A stretch of DNA of 54,751 nucleotides from a virus: IMG/VR virus record IMGVR_UViG_3300045988_180405, one strand, 5' to 3'. The position numbers and the translations under genes are program-made. The notes under the pieces are model-generated. The model was not told the origin of the DNA and did no database searches. It saw only the letters and a list, made by a program, of their open reading frames with translations. Below are positions 15,296 to 25,765 of the stretch, piece after piece. Position 1 is the first letter of the stretch; the number at the start of each line of letters is the position of its first letter.

Positions 15296-17674
15296 TTACA
15301 CAATTTCCTCATTAACTGTTAATATTGCTTCTTCAGGATTGCCACCTAAAGTAAATCTTATATACTTTATTTCTGTAGTGCCACCAGAATTGTCATAAGT
15401 AAATCCATTTAGATTACCACTATCATCATAAGTGAAATTGGATACAAATCCTTTAGCTGTACCAGTATCAGTCCATTGTGCCCAAGCACCTAAATGTTTA
15501 TATGTAGTGGATCTGTCATCTCCAGTATAGCCATCTATATTAAGTCCACCAGCAGTTTGTCCATATACTTCCACAGTACCATCAGGGTCTATCCAACAGT
15601 TCTTCATCCTAACAACATCACCCTTTTTGATAGGGATACAACCAGTTGTAAAGGCTGGAGATGTACCACTTGTTAGTGCAACATCAGCACCCGAGGAATT
15701 GATTCTTGTAGATGCCTTATATCCTGTGCCATTGTAGATATTATTATCAGCTACATTTACAGATATAGGTATTTGATTAGTAATAGGAGGAGCAGGTTGA
15801 TATTTAGTATATGCTACACTTCTTTCTGCTTCGCCTAAAGTGCCTATTCTTGTCATATAGATATTAAGATTTTCTGTGTCTATTGATACTATATCTAAGG
15901 CTGTCTCACTTGCTGTACCTAAAGTCCTTGTTGGTGGATTAGTGCCATAAGGACTATTAGCTGCACAAGTAATAGTTATGACAGGAATGTCTATAGCAGT
16001 TGAGGCATTGCCTTCGGGGTAAATTAAATCCTGATGAGTATGCCCTGTAAACATAGCCACTAAATTGCCTTTAGCATTTGTAAAATCACAATTTACAGAT
16101 ACATTTTCCCAATTTAAATCCCCTGTATATGTATCAGTAAAAGTAGCTCTATGTTTATATGCGTTTATTACTCCTCTGTATAAGGATAATTCTCTCCAAC
16201 TATAACCAGCTATTACAGGTGTATGCTCTAAGATAACTATATTCCAATCATCCATTGCTGTTGACAGAGCATTTATTATAAAATCCATTTGCTGTTGACC
16301 AAAGCCAAAAGAATTTTGATATCTAAATGATACAGTATTACCATTTAATATTGATTTATCCCACCAGTTAGTATACAGACAGATAAATCTTGTCTTCTGT
16401 GGGATGTTGTCTATGTAGAAATATCTACCATCAATGTCCCAAACTCTCTTAAAATCTTGACTTTCTTTTCTTAACAAGGTATTAAATATTACTGGCTGGG
16501 ATAATGATGTAAGATAACCTTGTCCACCATTTATATCATGATTACCAAGGATATTAAGTAATTTAGTATCAGGGATATCTTTAAGTATATCCATACAAGC
16601 TACACCATTAGCCTCCATATCTGCCACAGATTGAGATATAGATGCTGTTACATGGTCTCCAAGCATAGCAACAAGGGGAATATTAAGTTTTTCAGATGCT
16701 ATTTCTGCTATATTACCAATGTGCTTAACATAGTTAGTATCAGTAGGATAATCAGCATCTACATGCATATCACTAAACATAATAAAGTTAATACATTTAT
16801 TGCCTGATATATCCTGTTTAGCTTTAGCTCTTGCTACAGCATTGGTTAGCGCCGATTCCCAGTAATCAGGTATGGATATTTTATCCTCTTTGCTTGCCAA
16901 TGAGCCATACACCGCTCCGCTCGTAATGAGATTGCCACTGTTCTGCGTCACTGTAGTATCAATTCCCGAAACATCGCCCATGACAGACAAGCTCTTGTTA
17001 AACTGCGCTTCCGTGCCTGTAAAGCCGCCGTCCTGCGCTGAGGCATATGCGGATTTGCCAGCCGCTCCGGTCTCACCGGTTGCACCGCGAGAAGGTTTGC
17101 CTGTATCCGCATTTCCGAGATACCAGTTGCCGTTTGCGCCGATTGTCGGTGTTATACCATCCGTACCGTCTGTACCATCGGTGCCGTTAGTCCCGTTCTT
17201 TCCGTCTTTGCCGTCTTTGCCGTTGGTCACCGTTGCGGTTGTTGTGCCTGATTTGTCCGTGATGGTTATTACCGCACCATCGGCTGTTTGCTCAACTTTT
17301 GCCGTCGGGCTGAAACCGCCGTCATCGCCTTTTTCGGCTATAAGCTGCCATGCGGAAGAAGTAGCGGGGTTTTTATTGTAGTTTTCCTCTTTTGCTATGT
17401 AGCTCGAGCCGTCGAGCGTTACAATGGCGAGATACGGATATGTTGTTGTGCTGTTCCATTCGCCCATCGGCACAGGGCTTGTGGACAGCTTCATCCAGTA
17501 TGATTCCCATCCGGCAGTAACACCGGGTTCAACTATCCCCGTAACGGTGCCATAGGCGATAAAGGAGACGCCGTTGTGCGTGACGATATTCAGCTTGTTG
17601 TATGTCACCGTGCTGTTCCATTCGCCTTTTACTACGGGAGAAACAATACCAATTTGCGTTGTTTGTGCTTGCAT
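15296..17674 (-). CDS. Tail fibre / receptor-binding protein: conserved N-terminus, collagen-like G-X-Y run, metallophosphoesterase domain, C-terminal beta-rich (carbohydrate-binding-like) domain
   Basis: GKDGKDGKNGTNGTDGTDGTDG at nt 17150-17221. MPE motifs are SDMHVD, LGDHV, GNHD, LEHTP and GHTHQD. Last large gene of the tail module. Confidence 0.8.
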   Translation of the reverse strand: MQAQTTQIGIVSPVVKGEWNSTVTYNKLNIVTHNGVSFIAYGTVTGIVEPGVTAGWESYWMKLSTSPVPMGEWNSTTTYPYLAIVTLDGSSYIAKEENYNKNPATSSAWQLIAEKGDDGGFSPTAKVEQTADGAVITITDKSGTTTATVTNGKDGKDGKNGTNGTDGTDGTDGITPTIGANGNWYLGNADTGKPSRGATGETGAAGKSAYASAQDGGFTGTEAQFNKSLSVMGDVSGIDTTVTQNSGNLITSGAVYGSLASKEDKISIPDYWESALTNAVARAKAKQDISGNKCINFIMFSDMHVDADYPTDTNYVKHIGNIAEIASEKLNIPLVAMLGDHVTASISQSVADMEANGVACMDILKDIPDTKLLNILGNHDINGGQGYLTSLSQPVIFNTLLRKESQDFKRVWDIDGRYFYIDNIPQKTRFICLYTNWWDKSILNGNTVSFRYQNSFGFGQQQMDFIINALSTAMDDWNIVILEHTPVIAGYSWRELSLYRGVINAYKHRATFTDTYTGDLNWENVSVNCDFTNAKGNLVAMFTGHTHQDLIYPEGNASTAIDIPVITITCAANSPYGTNPPTRTLGTASETALDIVSIDTENLNIYMTRIGTLGEAERSVAYTKYQPAPPITNQIPISVNVADNNIYNGTGYKASTRINSSGADVALTSGTSPAFTTGCIPIKKGDVVRMKNCWIDPDGTVEVYGQTAGGLNIDGYTGDDRSTTYKHLGAWAQWTDTGTAKGFVSNFTYDDSGNLNGFTYDNSGGTTEIKYIRFTLGGNPEEAILTVNEEIV

Positions 17675-17692
17675 AAAAATTACCTCCTGATT

Positions 17693-17980
17693 TTATATTT
17701 TATCCCAGACTATGGCGTTTCGCCATGAGCCATAGATTTTTGCCACCCATACCGCAGAACCGACTGCGGCATCCGATACGGTAGATTTGTACGGCAAGAA
17801 AAGCTCCGTCGCATCGCCTACGAGCTTCACGCCCATTTCCGAGCCGCCCACCGCCGCCGTCATTGTTACGGTGGCTTTGTAAAGCCGCAGGCAATCCCTT
17901 GTTTCCTCTCGGCATATTTCCCGCGCTATATTTTCTATAGCCGTGCGGATGTCTCTGCTGTCTTTCAGATTGTTTTTCAT
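17693..17980 (-). CDS. Small tail/baseplate-associated protein
   Basis: GGAGG SD. Start overlaps the upstream stop. Confidence 0.65.
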   Translation of the reverse strand: MKNNLKDSRDIRTAIENIAREICREETRDCLRLYKATVTMTAAVGGSEMGVKLVGDATELFLPYKSTVSDAAVGSAVWVAKIYGSWRNAIVWDKI

Positions 17981-19293
17981 GATTTGCCTCCTGTAAAATC
18001 CGTCGAAGCCGTGACGGAAATTTGCGGATAGTCGTTTACACTCACTGCGTTTATGCTCATCGCGCCCGTTTCGCCGAGCGGAAGCGTAAAGCCCTGTATC
18101 AGGTGCCTTTCTACAGGATGCCCCGCTTTATCCTCGCGTCTGACGGAAATAAGCCTGTTTTCGTGCAGGTGGAATATCTGGTCAGTTTCGAGCGTTACCG
18201 TCTTTTGCAGTACCGATTTGCGTTTGAGATAGTATTTTGCGAGTGCCACGCACTGGTCGGCGTTCCAGTATTCGGCTTTATCCTCGCGGTATAGCTTTCT
18301 GCCGATAATGTTTATGTTGGTATCGCTTTTCGGGTCGCGGTTTGTCGCTCTGCCGTAGACGGCATGTCCGGTAGCACCCTCGCCCGCAACAATTACATCG
18401 TTTTTGACATCGGCATTTGCCCATGTTTCAGAGATTGAGAAAAGCATGTTCTCATTCGTCGAAAAATCCCATAATACAGGCTTTGCGGAATCGTCCACAT
18501 CGTCCTGCGAAGGCTCGATGCGGAGCGCACCCGTTGCGTCATATCCGATAAGCCCCGCGATGCAATCGTTGAGGGCAAGAATAATCTGCGCGAAGCTCGA
18601 GCCGCCGCTTTCGGAAATCGTGAACGGCACTTCCGTCATCTGCACATTCTCGGATACACTGCCGTCGCCCCTTGCGGCAAGATATGTTTTACCGTTATAG
18701 TAGCTTGTAAAAACAGGTGTGACAGGGTCTATCATCCATTCCATGGGGAAATTTCCCGAAGCATAGCTGTATTTTGAGAGGCGGAGTATCGAAGCAATCG
18801 CATTAAAAATGTTCGTGCCGATATTTACCTGATATGTGTTCTCGAGCGTTCCGAGCAGAGAGCCGTCGAGATATGCCCATTTGTCGACAAGCTCAAAACT
18901 CATGGTGTTTGTGTCGTGAGACAGTGCCGCCGTAGGGTTTTTCAGGTAAAAAGTCCCCTGCGGCAGGTAAAACTCCGTGCCGTCGTCAAGAATAATGCCT
19001 TTTGAAAGCCTCACGCGCCTTCCGAACCAAATGTTGTTTACATTGTAGTCAAAGGCACCGTCAATATTCGATAAAACAATATTCGCGCTTCTTCGTGTAC
19101 CGTTTTGCAGTGAGACATTAAGGCTGCCGTCCTGCAAAAAAGCTCTGCTGTCGTATTTGCCTCTCACGGGTCGCATTGAATTTCCGTCGAGGAAAAACGC
19201 TACGGAATCATCAGGCTGGAGAAATTCGAGACGGGAGATTTTTCTTGCACCTTTTTTCAGAGTTTGCAAATACTCGTTATATCTGTTTATCAT
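17977..19293 (-). CDS. Baseplate / tail-tip protein (438 aa)
   Basis: GGAGG SD. It is the second gene downstream of the tape measure. Function is inferred from position. Confidence 0.6.
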   Translation of the reverse strand: MINRYNEYLQTLKKGARKISRLEFLQPDDSVAFFLDGNSMRPVRGKYDSRAFLQDGSLNVSLQNGTRRSANIVLSNIDGAFDYNVNNIWFGRRVRLSKGIILDDGTEFYLPQGTFYLKNPTAALSHDTNTMSFELVDKWAYLDGSLLGTLENTYQVNIGTNIFNAIASILRLSKYSYASGNFPMEWMIDPVTPVFTSYYNGKTYLAARGDGSVSENVQMTEVPFTISESGGSSFAQIILALNDCIAGLIGYDATGALRIEPSQDDVDDSAKPVLWDFSTNENMLFSISETWANADVKNDVIVAGEGATGHAVYGRATNRDPKSDTNINIIGRKLYREDKAEYWNADQCVALAKYYLKRKSVLQKTVTLETDQIFHLHENRLISVRREDKAGHPVERHLIQGFTLPLGETGAMSINAVSVNDYPQISVTASTDFTGGKS

Positions 19294-21712
19294 TGTTCAC
19301 CGCCTCCCATGCCGTAAGCGTGCCGTTATCGTTGTTTATACTGCAAATAGTAGGAGATACATCATCCGGTGTCGTTGCCTTGAGAACGCCGTCAATAGTT
19401 ACGGGGAGCGGTATCCCAAGCACCTCGTCAGAACTGCCGATATTAAAAGTCGTGCCTTTGTAGTCCGCCGGATACGAAAAAGCGAGCTGTCCTGATGTCA
19501 TGTTGACATCAGCCTTTACGCGCGATATCATGTTTGAATTTGCCCATCCTTCGTCATCGGGCGTCTGAATGAGGACTGCATCGCTCGCATCTCCTGTTTC
19601 CTCCCACGAAATGGAAGCCATGACCTGCTTTCTCTCGTTTCCTATAGTGATTGTCTGTGTTACAGGTGCGGATATGCCCACCATATATAAGTTGCCTTTG
19701 GCATCTTTCAGGAAAAATGTTTTTGCACCGCTTGAAATTGCAAAAAGCTTTTCCATCCGTTGCCATGTGTCGCCGTATTCCCCGAAATCCATATCGCCGA
19801 TAAGAGCTTGCAGTGTGCCGCTTTTGCCGTGTATAGTTGACGGTTGTCTCCTGCGATACGGCGTAAAGTTTGCCATCATATTCGGCGTATTGTTGTTGGA
19901 AATTTCCGAGTGCTGAATATTGTAGGCAAAAATCCACACATCGCGGACATGCCATACATTGCGGTAATCGGCATCCTCTGTCGCTTCCATGAGAATGTAC
20001 GAATCGATATTGTGTGTTATTGGTGTGGACGAAAGCGGGGCTTCAAACGTTTCACCGTCGGCTGACAAGCGATATGCTTCATAGGTATAAGTCTCGCCGC
20101 TTCTCACGCCGAAGTCACATATCTCATTGTATTTTGTCGGCACTTCGTAAAGCACTTTTTTCTGTCCTGCATTTTCGGCATCCTGACGGTAGATTGCATT
20201 GTGTAGATTTGCGCTTGCATTACCCGCCTGCAATCCCTCTGCGAAGTTTGCGTAAAGTTTCGTTGTCGGATAGACAAAAGTTGGCGTAGCAATAGCTGCC
20301 GCGGGGTCTCTGTTACCCTCGTCCTCAATATACAGATAATCGCATGTCTGAGTGCCGCTGAGAAACACGCCTCGTATCTGATACGGAAATTCCGATGTGT
20401 CCTCCGAAAGAACAGTAAAGTCATCGGATATTTTGCTTCCGCTTGCGTCGAGGCAGTGCCAGAACAGAACAGCACCGGGTGCTATGCCTGTTGCGTTATT
20501 GTAAGTAATCCCTATCAGGAGAGATTTTGTACCATCGGGCGGCGCAATTGCCACCGATGCATCGGGCGGTGCAAGAAGCTTTTCGTCAGACTTCCGGCAG
20601 TAGTACGCCTCTATTGTGTTTTCCTTGCCCGCGGCAAAGTTGATATGCGTTGCTCTTGGCAGTTTCTCGTCAAATGTCCCGATGTTGTATTGGATTTCCA
20701 GCTCGGGAGCATATGAGCGCGCAGGCGGATTAAACGGTGCAGGATAATCGAATTTCCATAGTATGCAGCAGCCGTTATTCACAATTGCGTATTCGGAAAA
20801 AGGTTTTCCGTTCGCTACATTCCACATCACATAGGAAAAATCAAGCGATAGCTTGCCGTCTTTTATCGAGTACCCGTTTTCAAGCCCTGGAAGGTCGGGC
20901 GGTGCCGAGCCTTCGATATCAACGATATCTTGCTCCCACTGAAGGAGATTAGCCCCGTTTGAAAGACATTTTGCCGTCATGGTGCCGTCGCCCGCCGCCA
21001 TATTGTAATTGACGGTAAATTTGCTTAATTGGCTGACTTGCACTCCGCTTTCCGTCTGTACTGTGCATTTTACAAAATATGTATTGCCCGAATTTAAGCC
21101 GTTTATTGCGTATTGCAGCCTGCCCGTCGTCATTTCGCCCGTGTCATCAAGCAGCTCGGCGGGAGTATAGCCGCCTATTATGGAAACTCCAAGGTAAAGC
21201 TGCCATCTCACCCACGATATCGCGTCGCCCTGCTCTTGCCCATATCCGCCCGAAATTGTTGTATACGCCTTGTCTACAGTGACAGGTACGGCTATTGCAA
21301 GCGACGGTGCCGTGCGCGTGCGGAATACTGCGGGGGAGTAAAGATTTACAAAAGGCGTGCTTTGCACTGTGCCCCAGTAAATGGTTATGTTCATTTTGTA
21401 TTCTGCGCCGTCGGTCAAGCCCCAATCGCTCCATTTTACGGGTTTGCCCGAGCTGTCGGTAGGCGCATAGGTAAATATTTGCTGTTCACCGTTTGCATTT
21501 GTGCCGTATGCAGGACATCCGTCCGTAGCGGTTACACCGTGTACCTCCGTGCTTGCCGTGTCGTTCTTGCTTATCAAAATGCGAAAGCCCGTCATCGCAT
21601 CCGTGCCGTTTATCTGCCACGATATGACTATAGGGTCGTTTGCCGCGACGGTTCCGTTGCCCTCACCTGCAAAAAGCGAGGGCGTTATGTTTGTTGCCTG
21701 AAATAAAGCCAT
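19277..21712 (-). CDS. Distal tail / baseplate protein (811 aa)
   Basis: Lies immediately downstream of the tape measure. Beta-rich with an FN3-like N-terminus. Confidence 0.6.
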   Translation of the reverse strand: MALFQATNITPSLFAGEGNGTVAANDPIVISWQINGTDAMTGFRILISKNDTASTEVHGVTATDGCPAYGTNANGEQQIFTYAPTDSSGKPVKWSDWGLTDGAEYKMNITIYWGTVQSTPFVNLYSPAVFRTRTAPSLAIAVPVTVDKAYTTISGGYGQEQGDAISWVRWQLYLGVSIIGGYTPAELLDDTGEMTTGRLQYAINGLNSGNTYFVKCTVQTESGVQVSQLSKFTVNYNMAAGDGTMTAKCLSNGANLLQWEQDIVDIEGSAPPDLPGLENGYSIKDGKLSLDFSYVMWNVANGKPFSEYAIVNNGCCILWKFDYPAPFNPPARSYAPELEIQYNIGTFDEKLPRATHINFAAGKENTIEAYYCRKSDEKLLAPPDASVAIAPPDGTKSLLIGITYNNATGIAPGAVLFWHCLDASGSKISDDFTVLSEDTSEFPYQIRGVFLSGTQTCDYLYIEDEGNRDPAAAIATPTFVYPTTKLYANFAEGLQAGNASANLHNAIYRQDAENAGQKKVLYEVPTKYNEICDFGVRSGETYTYEAYRLSADGETFEAPLSSTPITHNIDSYILMEATEDADYRNVWHVRDVWIFAYNIQHSEISNNNTPNMMANFTPYRRRQPSTIHGKSGTLQALIGDMDFGEYGDTWQRMEKLFAISSGAKTFFLKDAKGNLYMVGISAPVTQTITIGNERKQVMASISWEETGDASDAVLIQTPDDEGWANSNMISRVKADVNMTSGQLAFSYPADYKGTTFNIGSSDEVLGIPLPVTIDGVLKATTPDDVSPTICSINNDNGTLTAWEAVNNDKQI

Positions 21713-21732
21713 ATTTTATTGTTCACCTCTCT

Positions 21733-24700
21733 TTACCATTCCCTCACAAGGGGCATCTCACGCAGAAGCTCCGATATCGTATAGCGGTCTGCCTTCTCGG
21801 AGGAAATCGGCACGCCGTTTATGTATGTATTGCGTGACATGTTGCGATTGTCGTTTGCCGTGTGGTTTTGCGTTATCACATTGCCGCGGGTAGGCATCGT
21901 ATGCTCGAGCGCACCGTAAAGTATGCCGAGATTATTGCAAAAGTCCCTGAAAGCTACCGTATTCTGCGGATTGAGTATCTTTTCCGTGATGTCGGGCGGC
22001 AAAACCATTTCGTCCCGCTCGGTTGCCTTTATTCCGCCCAGCCCGTGAAGCACGCCGCCGCTGTCATAAATGCTTGATGTTGTATATTTGCCACCGCCGC
22101 CGCTGTTACTTGAGCCGTTGCCTGAAGAAGCACCGTTCATTCTTAGTTCAAGTCCTTCTTGATACCCAAGTGCTTCTGCTCCCGCAGGAACAGTGTATGA
22201 ACCATCTCCGGTCATTCTTAGGTCGCTCGCTTTATAATATGAGCCCGTAATAGTATCAAAAATATATGCTTCGCCATTATAAGTGCGGTTCATGTTTGGC
22301 GCAGGCGTAAAGGTTCGCTCGCCTCCGTTTATACGGTTTAGGCGATTATTCGCTTCTACAGCATCAGGGTCGCCCGCTTCTACTCTGTCGCCATATTTAT
22401 CCCAGAATGCGCCTGCAATGTCACCCCACGAAGCCGCACCCGAAGAGATTGTGTTTTTTGTATAGTCGGCATATGTATTGCCCAAGCCCTGTATTCGCGC
22501 TATTGCGTCGAGAATTTCAATGACAAACGGAGGTATGCCCGATGTGCCCATGACATTGTTGTAATAAGCCATCCACTCATTGATTTTGTCGTAGATGTCC
22601 TTCATCGGCTTTCCGGCATCGAGCATTCCTTTTATCTCGGCAACAGCCTTTTGCAGAAGCTCATCGCCGATTTTCTTTTGCACTTCGGCGAGCTTTTCCA
22701 TAGCTTTTGCTATGTTTTCGGCATTTTTGCGCTCCTGCTCTGCGAGAGCCTCTATAGCCTTTTGCAGGTTCTTTTGCGCTTTCGCTATGTTTTGAGCGTT
22801 CTTTTCTTCCTGCTTGTGCAGAGCTTTTATCGCATCTTCGATATCTTTTTCGGCTTTCAAAATGTCCTTTTGCGCCTTCTCGACATTTTCACGCGCCTTC
22901 TGAACATTTTTCTCGTTTGCCTGCCATTCCCAAAGTCCCGATTGCTCGTTGAATACGCGAACATTCCGCTCGTTTATTGTATCGGCAAGCTCCTTTTGAG
23001 CTTTTATAAGGTCGAGTTTCTTTTCTTCGAGATTTTTCTCCTTTTCGGCTATGGCTTCGCGTTTTTCGGCTATAGCTTCCGCCGCGTCCTTTTGCGCCTG
23101 CAAAAGTTCTTCTTCCCGCGCGGCTATGGCTTCTTTTTTCGCGGCTATAGCCTCCTCCGCCGCCCTTTGAGCTTCAAGCAGATTTGCTTCCGCATCGAGT
23201 ACCGACTTGCGGTAATTTTCAAATTGGTTGGCTTCCTTTTGCTTGTCTATCAGCCCTTGCAGAGCATCTTTTATTTGGTTATATTGCTCTTTGAGCTTTT
23301 TGGCAGGGTCTTCGGCATTGTCAATTTCCTTGTTGAGATTAGACTGTGCTTCTTTGATATCGTCTACGCTTGCTTTTGTCTGCTCGTATGTGCTCATTAC
23401 TTCCGAAACATTATCTCGGTATTTTTTTAGTGTAGCAATTGTTTTAAGCAAAGAATTTGCAGTTTCCGTATCGTTTTTGCGCAGTGCTTCACGGCGTTTC
23501 TTAGAAAGCTCTTCGATATATTCGCCGATTTTTTTGTAGTTATTATAATAAGCCTCTACACTTATACCGTCATCGAAACCATCAATGGTATATCTCACCT
23601 TGCGGCGACGATTGCCGCCAGATGTACTTGCTGTAACACCTATTCCGGCATTTTTTAATGCTTCAGCATCTCGCCCACTTATCTGAGTTTTCCCGCTTGC
23701 AAGCACTTCATCTTCTGCCGCTATCAAAGCGAGCGAAGCCTTAAGCTCTGCTTCGGCAAGTTCCTGCTCAGTAAGGTTTTTTAGAGCTTTGCTGTATTCC
23801 TCTGTGCCTTCCTTTAGGTCTTTGAGCGCGTCCTTTTTGTCTTTGGAAAGCAGCTTTACAAGCTTTTGCTCCACTTCATAGTATTCATCGGTTTGAGGTG
23901 TTAGCTTTTCATATTGCGCTGTTAGTGCTTTGAGTTCTTTTGTATTATCGCTTATGGCATCCCATGCCTCTATAGCTTCGAGGCGGGCTTCATGCTGCGC
24001 CTCTTTTATGCTATATATGATTCCGCCCAGTTGCGACAAAGCCATTATCGCGACACCTATCCAGTTAAGAGCTGCCTGCAACGCTGTTGCGCTTACCGCT
24101 GCGGCATCCATTCCGGTTTTCAATGACTTAAAGCCGTCTATGAGGTTATTTAGACCTGCAGATATTTTACCACTGAATGTCACAAGCAATAAACCGCCGA
24201 GCTTTCCGATTACGCTGGAGAGCCCGCCCGTATATTTTATCAGAGTGAGCAGTCCGTTTCCGATTTCAAGCAGTGTCTTTTTGAATGCCAAAAATCCCTG
24301 CTCATCGTTTGCCAGTTCCTGCCATTTTGCCTTGAAAGTATTCAGCTTTGCGGTATATGTGTCCATATACTGCTCGTTTTCTTTGAGAGAGTAGCCCTCC
24401 GCATTGTTCATGTTGTCGAGCGCGGTCTGAACATCCTCAAAGTTCTTCATCAGGGCGATAAAGTAGTTTTTGCGGTATGTGCCTGCCGTGTCATATACAC
24501 CCGTCATGCTGTCGTATATCTCGGAAAGCTCTTCGCCGAGTGCAGATTCTATTGTCTGTCCCTCTTTTGTTTCAAAAAAATCTGCGAGTTTGTCCGCCTG
24601 CTCAGCGGAAAGATGATTAAGCTCTTTTGACAGGTGTTCCCAAACATCAAGAATAGAGGCTGCGCCCATTCTGTATTCATCGACAATCTTTTTCATGTCG

Positions 24701-25755
24701 GTGGAAAGCGAAGCATACATATCCAGAGCTTTAGGTTTCATTGTATACGCAAGCAGAGACTTAACCGCCGTGCCGAGCTGTTGCCCGCTCGCGCCCGTTG
24801 CGCCCGAAAGCGCAGTGATTACGGCAACTGTTTCTTCAAGGCTCATTTTCGCCTGATTTGCGTAAGAGCCGACTTTTTCAAGTGCGAGAAGCAGTTTCTG
24901 CGTCGATACAGGGGCATTGTCAGCCGTTTTGTTGAGTATGTCGATTATGTATGTCAGCTCGTCCGCGCCCTTGCCAAACTGCGTCATTATGGCTATAAGC
25001 CCATTTGAGGCTTCTTCCGCGTCCAGCTCCGCAACATTCAGCGCGAGAAGTGCCGCTTCCGTTGCCTTTACGGAATCTGACCATGTCATGCCTGAGCGTG
25101 CAAAGTTTGTAGCTATATCCGCCGCATTTTCAAAAGTCTGTCCGAAGTTCTGTGCTAACTCATAGAGCTTCTTGGAAATTCTGTCATTGAGAATGTCCTC
25201 GTTCAGCACTCGCTTTATTTCGATAATGCGGTTTTCCGTCTCGATAAGTACCTCATCTATCGAGCTTATGGCGTCGCGTATGGCGTTCAGCGGCTTCATT
25301 ACGAGCGTAGCCACAACCTGCCATTTCAGAAATGCCGCCGCATTGTCAAGCAGAGTGGCACCGTTTTTGCTGACCGCTTTTTGATTTTCGTTTACGGCTT
25401 TTGATACCTCGCGGATGTTCTTTGCCGCGTTGTTTGCTTTTTCTCCCGTAGCGCGGAAAGCGTTTGAAAGCGCGTTCAGCTGGGAGGTGAGCTTGCCGTT
25501 TATTTCTATTTTCTGCAGGTTTGTAAGCGGCGTTTTAAGCTTTTTTACACCGTTTACAAGGTTGGCAGAGCCTTTGCTTGCCGCATCAAAGCTCTTTGCC
25601 AAAACATTCAGCTGTGCCGTGAGCCTGCTGTTTATATCTGTTTTCTGCAGATTTGCAAGCGGCTCTTGCAGCTTGGATATTGCTGTTTTCAGCTTCGTCA
25701 GGCTGCCTTGCGCCGATGCACTGTTAAGCTCTACATTTAGTAAAATCTGCGCCAT
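21733..25755 (-). CDS. Tape measure protein (1340 aa)
   Basis: Size, long alpha-helical Ala/Lys/Glu-rich repeats, a TM-like central segment, and position after the tail tube/chaperone genes. Confidence 0.9.
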   Translation of the reverse strand: MAQILLNVELNSASAQGSLTKLKTAISKLQEPLANLQKTDINSRLTAQLNVLAKSFDAASKGSANLVNGVKKLKTPLTNLQKIEINGKLTSQLNALSNAFRATGEKANNAAKNIREVSKAVNENQKAVSKNGATLLDNAAAFLKWQVVATLVMKPLNAIRDAISSIDEVLIETENRIIEIKRVLNEDILNDRISKKLYELAQNFGQTFENAADIATNFARSGMTWSDSVKATEAALLALNVAELDAEEASNGLIAIMTQFGKGADELTYIIDILNKTADNAPVSTQKLLLALEKVGSYANQAKMSLEETVAVITALSGATGASGQQLGTAVKSLLAYTMKPKALDMYASLSTDMKKIVDEYRMGAASILDVWEHLSKELNHLSAEQADKLADFFETKEGQTIESALGEELSEIYDSMTGVYDTAGTYRKNYFIALMKNFEDVQTALDNMNNAEGYSLKENEQYMDTYTAKLNTFKAKWQELANDEQGFLAFKKTLLEIGNGLLTLIKYTGGLSSVIGKLGGLLLVTFSGKISAGLNNLIDGFKSLKTGMDAAAVSATALQAALNWIGVAIMALSQLGGIIYSIKEAQHEARLEAIEAWDAISDNTKELKALTAQYEKLTPQTDEYYEVEQKLVKLLSKDKKDALKDLKEGTEEYSKALKNLTEQELAEAELKASLALIAAEDEVLASGKTQISGRDAEALKNAGIGVTASTSGGNRRRKVRYTIDGFDDGISVEAYYNNYKKIGEYIEELSKKRREALRKNDTETANSLLKTIATLKKYRDNVSEVMSTYEQTKASVDDIKEAQSNLNKEIDNAEDPAKKLKEQYNQIKDALQGLIDKQKEANQFENYRKSVLDAEANLLEAQRAAEEAIAAKKEAIAAREEELLQAQKDAAEAIAEKREAIAEKEKNLEEKKLDLIKAQKELADTINERNVRVFNEQSGLWEWQANEKNVQKARENVEKAQKDILKAEKDIEDAIKALHKQEEKNAQNIAKAQKNLQKAIEALAEQERKNAENIAKAMEKLAEVQKKIGDELLQKAVAEIKGMLDAGKPMKDIYDKINEWMAYYNNVMGTSGIPPFVIEILDAIARIQGLGNTYADYTKNTISSGAASWGDIAGAFWDKYGDRVEAGDPDAVEANNRLNRINGGERTFTPAPNMNRTYNGEAYIFDTITGSYYKASDLRMTGDGSYTVPAGAEALGYQEGLELRMNGASSGNGSSNSGGGGKYTTSSIYDSGGVLHGLGGIKATERDEMVLPPDITEKILNPQNTVAFRDFCNNLGILYGALEHTMPTRGNVITQNHTANDNRNMSRNTYINGVPISSEKADRYTISELLREMPLVREW

Positions 25756-25765
25756 TTGCGCCTCC

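Noticed and set aside
15296-17674. A diversity-generating retroelement acting on the tail fibre (or on the LRR gene).
   Set aside because: No reverse transcriptase ORF occurs anywhere in the window. No template/variable repeat pair was found. Differences between the LRR units are not adenine-specific.
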